Shown here in pieces: positions 55,701-64,000 of a stretch of 64,000 nucleotides of DNA (position 1 is its first letter; each line of letters begins with the position of its first letter). Under the pieces are notes generated by a model. It saw nothing but the letters and a program-made list of their open reading frames with translations, made no database searches and was not told the DNA's origin. The translations under genes were made by a program, and so were the position numbers. Source of the stretch: Chiloscyllium plagiosum. Lineage: Eukaryota. Location: contig NC_057750.1 in the NCBI RefSeq assembly GCF_004010195.1, positions 13,523,473-13,587,472 on the forward strand. Reading direction: 5' to 3'.

Positions 55701-58700
55701 TAGGTGGTCTCCTGGAAGTTGTGCAGGAAGCCAAGCCTCAGCTTGGAGCAGATGGAGCTGCCCCTCATGAAGTAGGCCGTGATCTCCTCTCGGCTGATCA
55801 GGCCCTCGCTGTAACGAGACCAAGCACAGAACCCAGCGGTCAGCAACCACCACCTTCCCTCTCCCACCGGCCCGCCCTCACCAAAAACACCCCCGCGTGC
55901 CAGGGTTGTGGTATCCCTTACCCCCTCCAAAAACAGCAGAAGATAGAGACAAAACTGGAGATTGGAAGTAGAGAAACGTTGCACACGGATTACAGCTTGT
56001 GCCAAAATGGCGACCTCCCCCCGCCATGTTGTTAGGTCAGAGTTCAAACAGGCTTGTGGGGGAAGGGTTGGGTTCCCTGTGTGAGCCAGAAAAGCTTTAA
56101 AACATCATCAGGAAAGACCGAATCAACACCCTTACACAGTAACCCAGGTTGTTTTGATGTCCTTGCCTTTAATTCTCTACGTGAAAGGAGCCGACTGTTA
56201 GGGGACGGATATATCCCATCTACAACCAGATTGATTTCTGGCCTTCAGAGCACTGTGGACCTCACTGGCTGCCGAACTGAGCAGCGTCAATATTTCAAAT
56301 TTAAACGTAGGCCAGAGTGTGAGGGATAGAGGACTACGATACATCGAGCTGGTGGGTTAGTGTGTAGTGCCAGGGATACCTGCGCATCATACGCATCAGT
56401 ATTGACCAGTAAGGCCACATAGAGTACAGGGTTAAACAGAGAATAAAACTCTCTCTACACTGTCCCCCACCCAGGACAAGGACAGCACGGGGCTAGATAC
56501 AGTGTAAAGTTCTCTCTACACTGTTCCACCATCAAATGCTCTCAGGACAGGGGCAGCACAGGATTAGATAAAGAGTAAAGCTCCCTCTACACTGTCCTCA
56601 TCAAACACTCCCAGGACAGGGGCAGCATAGGGTTAGATACAGAGTAAAGCTCCCTCTACATGGTCCCCCATCAAACGCTCCCATGACAGGGACAGTACGG
56701 GGTGAGATATACCTTCTTCTGCACTTGGCCTGGATGCAGGAGTGAATGTGAACTCAGCGAGGTTCTCATTTCTGCCACCAGACAATCTCAGGGTGAGTCA
56801 AGATGAGGCTGTCGGTTAGTGTAGCCAAGTTCGCCTTACACATCAATTCCCCGCTCACCAACATCAGGACGAGAAGGGGCCCTCAAACCCGGCTCACTGA
56901 ACTACGTAGTTGTACAACAGTCTGACAGGAGGGATTTCCATCTCACTTGGGATTGGAACCTGAGTTCCTGATGGCCACATTCTTTGACCCCTTGAAAACA
57001 TTCCATGATTTGGCCTCAACTGCTTTCTGTGGCAGAGAATTCCAACCACTTGCCCCCCCCCCCATCCCCAACTCTCTGGGTGAAGAGATTTCGCCTCATC
57101 TCAGTCCTAAACCCAATATTCTTAGACTGTGTGCCTTCCTTTTGGAACGGGTTAGTGCTGGTTGGTCTCCATGTATAGAGACCGCCAGGGAGCTTGTCCT
57201 TACCGTTCCTTATCCAGGACGAAGAACGAAAATGGGAAACTGACGGCGATCTTCTCAAACTCAACTTGGGAAATGTAGCCATCTTGGTCGTGATCGTAAT
57301 TTTTGAACACGGACTGCGAAGGAGGAAAGGGGAGGTGAACAGTTCGATCACAAATGAAGCTGGAGTCTGTGGTCAGACGCATCTCTGGCCTTCCCTGTGC
57401 TAGAAGTGCCAGCCAGTAATAATATACCAACAACTCATCTTAGAGTCATAGAGATGGACTGCACGGAAACAGACCCTTCGGTCCAACCCGTCCATGCCAA
57501 CCAGATATTCCAACCCAATCTAGTCCCATTTGCTAATACTTGGCCCATATCCCTCCAAACCCTTCCTACCCATCTAAATGCCTTTAAAATGCTGTAATAA
57601 TCTGTCCAACAGGGTTTCTCACTGTCGACAGAGCCCTGCTTCCCCAATATACACCCCAACATGCAAACCCATCGACCAGCAAAACAACCAACCCACTTCA
57701 TATCCATACTTCATATCATAGACTCAAAGCAATCTCTCTCTGTCATCAACAATTTCTCACCCAGCCAACTCTCTCCACCGAATCTAGAGTGTTACTACCT
57801 TACCCCACCCAATTTCACCTCCAAAAAGAACTCACTAAACTTACATATTATTTATTTACTTTCACTCTTGGAATGAGAGCATTGTAGTCTCGACCAAAGT
57901 TTATCGCTTGACTTTAACTGTCCTCGAGAAGATGGGGGTGAGCTGCCTTCTTGAACTGCTGTAGTCCGTGTGCTGTGGGTAGACCCACAATGCCCCGAGG
58001 GAGGGAATTCCAGGATTCGGACCCAGCGACACTGACATCGGGATGGTGAGTGGCCTGGAGTGGAACATGCAGGGGGTGGTATTCCCATGGATCTGCTGCC
58101 CTTGAGCTTCTAGATGGAAGTGGTCGTGGGTTTGGAAGGTGCTGCCTGAGGATCTTTGGTGAGTTCCTGCAGTGCATCTTGTAGATGGTACACCCTGCTG
58201 CTACTGAGCGTCGGGAGTGGGGAGGGGATGTTTGTGGGTGTGGTGCCAATCAAGTTTCTGAGATCATTCTCGTGAACCTCCAAGTGCAGCTAATTTGTGA
58301 CTTCAAGTTTAACTTGTAGGTGGTAGTTTCCCCAAGCGTCTGTTGCCCTTGTCCTTGTTAGTTTCAGGGTTTGTACGATGCTGCCTGAGGATCTTTGGTG
58401 AGTTGCTGCAGTGCATCTTGGTGGGGGAGGGAGGGGATGTTTGTGGCTGTGGTGCCAATCTAGCGGGGGCTGTTTTGTCCTGGATGGTGTCGAGCTTCTT
58501 GAGTGTTGTTGGAGCTGCCCCCATCCAGGGGCAAGTGGGGAGTATTCCCTCACACTCCTGACTTGTGCCTCACAGATGGTGGACAGGCTCAGGGGAGGTG
58601 AGTTACTTGCTGCAGGTTTGGCCTGGTCTTGGGGCCACAGTATGACTGAACCAGTGCAGGTCATCGGTAGCCCCTGGGGTGTTGATAGCGGGCTATGTTG

Positions 58701-61700
58701 GTGATGCCAAGGGGAGGCAGTTGTTGGAGATGGTGATTGCCTGGCCCTTCTGTAAGGGGGATATGACACTCGCTAATGCCACTTACCATTAACCTACCTT
58801 AGTACACCCAAATCCAAACACTCCTTAACCTACCCCCTTCGTCCAGTCCAACCCACCTCCCACCCGCATCGCCAAACAGGCAAAGCCATGCCTGACCTGC
58901 TCAATCCCCTCAACTCGCCCACCCCACACCGTTTCTCCCTAATGTGATCGCCTACGCCCAGTGAGGTGCTAACGGCCTGTCACACTCTCACGGCACCCCC
59001 ACACCCGTCACCACGGCCAACAGAATGCCAGCTGGGACCTTGGCGTATTTCCAGTGCACCCGAACCCAGCCCCTCTTGACCCTGATCTGAGCGGTTTAGG
59101 CTGACATGATGCAGATGTACTTACGTCCACCATCTGCTGGACATGCTTACTGACCGTCACGGCATCGAGCTTTGGTGCCACCCCCGAGGCCCAGTCAACT
59201 ACCACCGGTGGCTTGCAGGGGGGCACTGACTGGAATAGAATGGAAACAGGTAAAAGCTTCACTTGACGGTAGCTGGTCGACTGAGGAGGCCTGAACCCGT
59301 TCAGCCATCTTGTAGCGCACCAAGGGGTTTGGAAGCTGTGTGGACTGTCCGTGTCACATCAGTGGTCCTCCACACCCCTCCCTCTACTCCCACTCTCTCG
59401 ACCCTGAGGTTATACGTCAGATGAGGAATCTCCACAGTAAGTAGAACCATAGAATCCCTGTAATGTGGAAAAGGGCCATTCAGCCCATTGAGTCCACACT
59501 GACCATTCTGAGGTACCTCAGAGTGGAACACGCTGGATGGAGAAACGCTGAATCCAATTCCACTTTCTGTCATTTTCAATTTCAATGTATTTTTTTTTTT
59601 AAATCTGCTGAATGTGTTGTGTTTCTGGGAAAAAATATGTTAGAACCCTTAGTTGTCACGGAATGAGAGAAAATGGAGGGAAGGCCTCAATCAGATCAGA
59701 ACAGTCTCGAGGCCTACGGACTACCTCTGATTCCTATTTCTTAACTTCTGAATTCTAGGAGAAATAATCGAGAGATTTATGTCTAGCAAACAATTGAATA
59801 CAATTCCAAGACCGACCAGCGACACACAGTGATTTCGAATGCTGGGTTGAGCCAAAAATAAGGTTAATATGTCAAATACAGGAGTTGTGAACAAATCAAG
59901 AAGACATCTTGAAAAAATATGCTATGCTGGGTCTGGGCATTGTATTCAATCATTTGCTGGCTATAATCCCCTCGGTCATTCCTCCCGGAATTTCGGGGTA
60001 GGTCACCAGGCTCCTCCAGCCTGTTCTGGAATGATTGTGGTCCATTTTCCCACCTCTGCCCAATTATCCCTGTCGATTGTAAGACAGTTTTGTCCGTGTC
60101 GCTAGCTGGGATTGTTAACTTAAGAGAGACAAGAGAAACTTGGGAGCTTCCTAGTAAGTGGGACGTATTGGGAGGTTAGCTAACAATGCAAGTCAGAGGA
60201 ACAGTGCAGAGGAAGAGGACCCATTCTAATGGGTGGTGCAGTGGCTCAGTGGTTAGCACTGCTACCTCACAGTATCAGGGACCCGGGTTCGATTCTAGCC
60301 TCAGGCACATTCTCCCCGTGGCTGTGCGGGTTTCCTCCGGGTGCTCCAGTTTCCTCCCACAGTCCAAAGATGTGCAGGTCAGGTGAATCGGCCATGCTAA
60401 ATTGCCCATAGTGTTATGTGCATTAGTCAGAGGGAAATGTAGGGGAATGGGTCTGGGTGGGTTACTCTTCAGAGGGCTGGTGTAGAATTGTTGGGCCTGT
60501 TTCCACACTGTAGGGAATCTAACCGTCCGCTGTATTTTCTGACATTACTCATTCAAACAGTGCCACACTTGCCAAGTCTAATATTGCACATGGAGTCCTT
60601 TCTCGTTCTTTCATGAGATTGTGGGCATGACTGGCAGTGCCCACATTTGTTTCCCATCTCTAACCCTCCCTGAACCAAGCGACTTGCTCGGCCATTTCAG
60701 AGGGCACTTAAGACTCAACCACTTTGGCGTAATTGGTCTGGAGTCACATATAGTTCAAGGTGGTAGGTTTCTCCCTTACTTCCAGAGGTGAGGGGTTGGT
60801 CTTATGAAGGGAGATTGAGCAGTTTAGGCCCATACTCTCTGGAGTTTAGAAGAACACAAGGAGATCTAATTGAGGGACGTAAGTTGCTAATGGGGAGTGA
60901 CACATGAGAAGATGTTACCTCAAGCAGAGCAACACAGAGCGAGAGGTCCGTGTTTTGGGAGAAGGAGGGAGCAGATTTAAAACTGAGATGGGGAGGAACG
61001 ATTTCTCTCAAAGGATTGTGAAGCTGTGGAACTCACTCCCTCACAGGGAGGTGGGCTGCTGGGAGTAAATTTAGGAGCAGGAGGCAGGCAGATTGTTAAC
61101 TAGTAATGGGCTGAAGGGGAACAGGCCGGAAAGTGGAGTTCAGGCCGAGATGAGATCAGCCTCGATTGTATTAAAGAGTGGGGCAGGCCTGAGAAGGGTT
61201 GAATGGCCTACTCCTGCTCCGAGTTCTGATGTTCTTTTGGACATTAATGAACCAGACAGTTAGAAACTCCAGGCTGTGAGATGCTCAGGGCTTCTTGCTC
61301 AATTTCAATAGGTTTTGGAACTCTGCGTTCAATTCTGGTCTCCCTGCGCTAGGAAAGAGGTTGCGAAACTTGAAAGGGTTCAGAAAAGATTTACAAGGAT
61401 GTTGCCAGGGTTGGAGGGTTTCAGCTACAGGGAGAGGCTGAATAAGCTGAGGCTGTTTTCCCTGGAGCGTCGGAGGCTGAGGCGTGACCTCATAGAGGTT
61501 TATAAAACCATGAGGGGCATGGTTAGAGTAAATAGACAAAGTCTTTTCCCCCAGGGTAGAGTCACAGAGATGTACAGCACAGAAACAGACCCTTCGGTCC
61601 AACTCGTCCATGCCAACCAGATATCCTAAATTAATCTAGTCCCATTTGCCAGCATTTGGCCCATATCTCTCTAACTCCTCCCTAGTAATGTTCCCATCCA

Positions 61701-62089
61701 GACAGCTTTTAATTGTACCTGCTGTAATTGTACCACTTCCTCTAGCAGCACATTCAATACACCCACCACCCTCTGAGTGAAAAAGCTGCCCCTTTACGTC
61801 CCTTTTAAATCTTTTCCCTCTCACTTATGCCCTCTAGTATTGGCCTCCCATACCCTGGGGAAAAGACCTTGACTGTTCGGTATGGATGAGTTGGACCGAA
61901 GGGGCTGCTTATGTGCTGTATGATTCCATGACTGGGAAAACCATTGCCGAATCTCCAAGCGATAGGTTCCCTGTGATAACTGTGATGAACCGCGTCATGT
62001 TTCCTTACCACAGTTCGGTGAGTTTTTGGTTCCTTTGCGTAGGACAGCTCATAGATTTCATCTTCAGTGTAGTAGAGGTCGAGTGATAA
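31544..62089 (-). CDS. RASGRP4: RAS guanyl-releasing protein (RASGRP4 by synteny), 5'-partial; complement join(62009..62089,59125..59229,57204..57313,55664..55808,52949..52985,49017..49166,32575..32879,31544..31735)
   Basis: Phase-compatible GT-AG exons encode the CDC25 end ([17 protein letters not shown]), [10 protein letters not shown], two EF-hands, a C1 domain ([42 protein letters not shown]...C) and a C-terminal coiled coil. Upstream exons were not seen in the window. RasGRP family is certain; the paralog is less so. Confidence 0.8.
31845..32118. repeat. About 21-bp minisatellite GGGCTAGTGACCCAGAGACC(G)
   Basis: Visible tandem units with variants. Confidence 0.93.
32575..32879 (-). CDS. 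RASGRP4: RASGRP4 penultimate exon ([11 protein letters not shown]...[19 protein letters not shown]...LQEVQK)
   Basis: Acceptor CCTACAG|, donor AAG|GTGAGG, 305 bp, phase 1 to 0; similar to the RasGRP1 post-C1 region. Confidence 0.88.
33086..33414 (-). mobile_element. Full-length HE1/V-SINE
   Basis: Closely matches the reverse complement of 36171-36487. Confidence 0.92.
34081..34295. mobile_element. Fold-back Penelope-derived element (family A) with perfect 14-bp TSD
   Basis: TGTTTGATAAGGTT at 34067-34080 and 34296-34309; inverted arms of about 90 bp; near-identical to 4314-4528. Confidence 0.88.
34143..34177 (-). ncRNA. Minimal type-I hammerhead ribozyme motif
   Basis: UUC-CUGAAGA-A-GGG-CUUAUU-CCC-GAAAC-GUC-GAUU on minus. 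Confidence 0.55.
35527..35880 (-). mobile_element. CR1/HER1 LINE 3' fragment
   Basis: Homologous to 26186-26560. Confidence 0.85.
36105..36574. mobile_element. Fold-back element family B (AAAAATCACACAACACCAGG.../...GTGATTTTTAACT) hosting a nested SINE
   Basis: Matches 51919-52015 and about 240-300; flanked by CTAATGTT on both sides. Confidence 0.65.
36171..36487 (+). mobile_element. Full-length HE1/V-SINE with CACCAG TSD
   Basis: A/B boxes, V-domain, (TAATC)n tail; CACCAG at 36164-36169 and 36488-36493. Confidence 0.92.
36940..37285 (+). mobile_element. L2-like LINE 3' end
   Basis: Repeated near 42420-42715(-), 53585-53765(+) and 57900-58250(-). Confidence 0.75.
37395..38780 (+). mobile_element. 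Cluster of three V-SINE copies (about 37395-37655, 38069-38345, 38513-38780)
   Basis: Each shows the SINE head, V-domain and tail. Confidence 0.8.
38911..39178 (+). repeat. GA-rich (GAGAGACAG) low-complexity repeat running into gap 39179-39714
   Basis: Visible directly. Confidence 0.92.
40500..40835 (-). mobile_element. V-SINE
   Basis: Reverse-complement match to the family. Confidence 0.87.
43008..43565 (-). mobile_element. CR1 LINE 3' fragment
   Basis: Family match to the other CR1 copies in the window. Confidence 0.82.
43566..43733. mobile_element. Degenerate fold-back Penelope-derived insert (family A)
   Basis: TSD TGTCCCAA(T/C)TCC at 43554-43565 and 43734-43745; inversion junction at AGCCCTTCAT|ATGCTCG. 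Confidence 0.65.
45010..45636 (+). repeat. TG-rich (TGTGTATACATC) degenerate microsatellite
   Basis: Visible directly. Confidence 0.92.
47065..48190 (+). mobile_element. Penelope-like element 3' end: GIY-YIG endonuclease C-terminus, C-rich UTR, gap, then tandemly amplified terminal-repeat segment
   Basis: Frameshifted [21 protein letters not shown] / [27 protein letters not shown] (47111-47267) resembles the PLE ORF end (LEEQHLIFRLG.LQP.GLN). About 49-bp repeats at 47907-48186. Confidence 0.7.
48400..48690 (-). mobile_element. V-SINE
   Basis: Reverse-complement match to the family. Confidence 0.8.
48741..48854. mobile_element. Short inverted-junction Penelope-derived insert (family A)
   Basis: TSD CCTAAC(T/C)GATCC at 48725-48736 and 48855-48866; junction GCTGGAGA|AGGGCTTATGCCCGAAACGTC. 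Confidence 0.7.
49017..49166 (-). CDS. RASGRP4: RASGRP4 exon, C1 domain second half ([24 protein letters not shown]...KGHGT)
   Basis: Acceptor CTGCAG|, donor G|GTAAAT, 150 bp, phase 1 to 1. Confidence 0.94.
49263..49563. mobile_element. Fold-back Penelope-derived insert (family D) with about 15-bp TSD
   Basis: TCTGTTACA(T/C)TA(C/A)AG at 49248-49262 and 49564-49578; arms are built of the same 49-bp unit as 47907-48186; hammerhead remnant AAGGGTTACACCGGAAACATTG at the junction. Confidence 0.72.
51405..52205 (-). mobile_element. CR1 LINE 3' fragment with nested inserts
   Basis: Family match to the other CR1 copies in the window. Confidence 0.75.
51919..52015. mobile_element. Mini fold-back element family B with TSD
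   Basis: AAAAATCACACAA...TTGTGTGATTTTT arms; CCTT(T/C)CAGTCAA at 51907-51918 and 52016-52027. Confidence 0.75.
52475..52728 (+). mobile_element. CR1/HER1 3' end
   Basis: [30 protein letters not shown] plus 3' UTR. Confidence 0.88.
52949..52985 (-). CDS. RASGRP4: RASGRP4 37-bp C1 exon ([12 protein letters not shown])
   Basis: Acceptor TTTTCAG|, donor G|GTAAGA; too short for the ORF track. Confidence 0.95.
54025..55097 (+). repeat. 33-bp minisatellite GTGCTGAGGGAGTGCCGCACTGTCAGAGGGTCA ending in Deu-SINE-like sequence
   Basis: About 30 visible units; the last continues GGAGGTGCTTTCCTTCAGATGAGGCATTAAACC. Confidence 0.93.
55664..55808 (-). CDS. RASGRP4: RASGRP4 exon: EF-hand 2 and C1 start ([48 protein letters not shown])
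   Basis: Acceptor TTACAG|, donor TTC|GTAAGT, 145 bp, phase 2 to 0. Confidence 0.96.
56425..56710 (+). repeat. About 65-70 bp minisatellite (AGAGTAAAGCTCCCTCTACACTGTCCCCCATCAAACACTCCCAGGACAGGG...), about 4 units
   Basis: Visible directly. Confidence 0.88.
57204..57313 (-). CDS. RASGRP4: RASGRP4 exon: EF-hand 1 ([37 protein letters not shown])
   Basis: Acceptor TCGCAG|, donor CG|GTAAGG, 110 bp, phase 0 to 2. Confidence 0.96.
57900..58790 (-). mobile_element. L2-like LINE 3' fragments (two partly duplicated segments)
   Basis: Match 5150-5540 and 36940-37285. Confidence 0.75.
59125..59229 (-). CDS. RASGRP4: RASGRP4 exon ([35 protein letters not shown])
   Basis: Acceptor TTCCAG|, donor GAC|GTAAGT, 105 bp. 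Confidence 0.95.
60232..60522 (+). mobile_element. V-SINE with internal deletion
   Basis: Family match to 12184-12496. Confidence 0.85.
61318..61933. mobile_element. CR1 3' fragments in +/-/+ arrangement
   Basis: + 61318-61556, - about 61557-61872, + tail about 61880-61933. Confidence 0.8.
62009..62089 (-). CDS. RASGRP4: RASGRP4 exon, end of CDC25 GEF domain ([27 protein letters not shown])
   Basis: Acceptor CTTTCAG|, donor GTG|GTAAGG, 81 bp; not in the ORF track. Confidence 0.95.
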
Positions 62090-63343
62090 CTGAAAGAAAT
62101 GTCAGGACAATGAGAGAAACGACCACGTTTTTGCGCAGATCAACAAACCCATCACAGCAGTGGGTGTTCGAAATGAGATTAAGTCACACCGTGAGGAATA
62201 GGAGCAGACTGCATTTTGGATAATTCCTGTTTTCCCAGGGAGTAGAGAACGTCCAGAATATGCTCTAATAGAACAAATAACTGAGCTGAAGATCTGAAAG
62301 TAAAACAGAAGCTCATCAGGTCTGACTGCATCTGTGGGGAGTAAGCAGACTTAATGTTTCGGGTTCGGCGTTCATGAGTTCTGATGAAGAGCTTTCTCTC
62401 TCTCCCCCCAGATGCTGCCCAGACTTGCTAAGTTTCCCCAGCAATTCCTGTTTTTGTTTCAAAGTTGGTGGCTGGTGTAGTGGGTACTGACTGTGTCTTT
62501 GAGAGATTTCTGATTGGTTCAGATCACATCAGGTTGACTATCGCTGCCCTCATTGCCTCCAAAATGTACTTTACCAACACCTCCCCCCCTCCCCCACCCC
62601 CATTGGTATCTCACATTTTATCCTGAGTAACCCTCAGGTTACCCGAGGTTCAGCTTGCTCTGTCTTACCTCAGAGTGCGTCTCTTTCCCCTATCACCTCT
62701 CCCCTCTGCTCCCTCACCTACACTGGCTCCTGTCCAAACCCAAGATACAGAATCCCTACAGTGTGGAAGCAGACCATTCGGCCCGTTGAGTCCTCACTGA
62801 CCCTCCAAACAGCATCCCAACAGAACCCACCACCAGGGATATATTTCCCNNNNNNNNNNNNNNNNNNNNNNNNNNNNNNNNNNNNNNNNNNNNNNNNNNN
62901 NNNNNNNNNNNNNNNNNNNNNNNNNNNNNNNNNNNNNNNNNNNNNNNNNNNNNNNNNNNNNNNNNNNNNNNNNNNNNNNNNNNNNNNNNNNNNNNNNNNN
63001 NNNNNNNNNNNNNNNNNNNNNNNNNNNNNNNNNNNNNNNNNNNNNNNNNNNNNNNNNNNNNNNNNNNNNNNNNNNNNNNNNNNNNNNNNNNNNNNNNNNN
63101 NNNNNNNNNNNNNNNNNNNNNNNNNNNNNNNNNNNNNNNNNNNNNNNNNNNNNNNNNNNNNNNNNNNNNNNNNNNNNNNNNNNNNNNNNNNNNNNNNNNN
63201 NNNNNNNNNNNNNNNNNNNNNNNNNNNNNNNNNNNNNNNNNNNNNNNNNNNNNNNNNNNNNNNNNNNNNGTACTCTATGCTACTTTCTCCCTACCCCCAC
63301 CCTCCTCTAGCTTATCTCTCCACGCTCCAGGCTCACTGCCTTT

Positions 63344-63379
63344 ATTCCTGATGAAGGGCTTTTGCCTGAAACGTCGAAT
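63344..63379 (+). ncRNA. Minimal type-I hammerhead ribozyme in a Penelope-type terminal repeat
   Basis: AUUC-CUGAUGA-A-GGGC-UUUU-GCCU-GAAAC-GUC-GAAU: helix I AUUC/GAAU, intact core, GUC cleavage triplet at 63373-63375. Confidence 0.7.
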
Positions 63380-64000
63380 TCGAAGCTCCTTGGATGCTGC
63401 CTGAACTGCTGTGCTCTTCCAGCACCACTAATCCCCAACCAGACTCACAGGCCTAGCCCATCTCTGTAACCCTGCATTTCCCATGGCCAATGCTCCTAAC
63501 CTGCACAACCCTTATACTCCAATGCCCATGAAAAAAGGGCTAACGTCCCATGATCCTTCATGATTCCCTGCTGTACCTATGTCCTGCTGGCTTTCTGGGT
63601 TTCACGTACAAGTCCCCCCCCCCATCCCCCCAGTCCCTTTGTGCTGCAGCTTTCTCTCCTTTTAAATCATACTCTGTTCATTTGTTCCCTCTTCTAAGAT
63701 GAACCGATTCACATTTTCCCACATTATACTCCATTTGCCAGTTACTCAGATTTGGGTCATGCAGTATCCTTTGATGTTACACTGGGAAAGCCTTTTGCTA
63801 ACTCTCTCTTGCAACACCTCAGACAGGAAAGCGTCCATTTAAAAAGTTCTCAAAAGCCTTATTCCTCATTCACTCTGTGTGTAAGGCATTCCTGCTCGAC
63901 AACTCTGCAAGAAACCAGGGTGCCCTCCTCAAACTATCCCCTTTGTTCACCACCCCACTGTTGGTGGCTGTCCCTTCAGCCAGTTAGAACCCTGCGCCTC

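Overview
Vertebrate nuclear DNA, almost certainly a cartilaginous fish. HE1/V-SINEs, CR1/HER1-type LINEs and elasmobranch-type Penelope repeats suggest an orectolobiform (bamboo-type) shark; this is inference. Two convergent spliced genes can be rebuilt from GT-AG sites with matching phases. The first is a complete 8-exon FAM98 gene on + (2752-24344, 344 aa, FAM98C-type short basic tail). The second is the last 7 coding exons of a RasGRP gene on - (62089-31544: end of CDC25, EF-hands, C1, LC8-type motif, coiled coil), best called RASGRP4 from synteny with FAM98C although it keeps RASGRP1-like features. The rest is retroelement debris and tandem repeats, including a satellite of about 6.5 kb in FAM98C intron 6, plus six assembly gaps. 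Most notable: (1) several families of short Penelope-derived inserts with 12-15 bp target-site duplications, many folded back on themselves, carrying minimal hammerhead-ribozyme cores at the fold-back junction; (2) a (GGGACA)n tract and a frame-preserving 132-bp repeat between the apparent FAM98C promoter and its conserved ATG; (3) a RASGRP4 with an apparently ancestral EF-hand and coiled coil.
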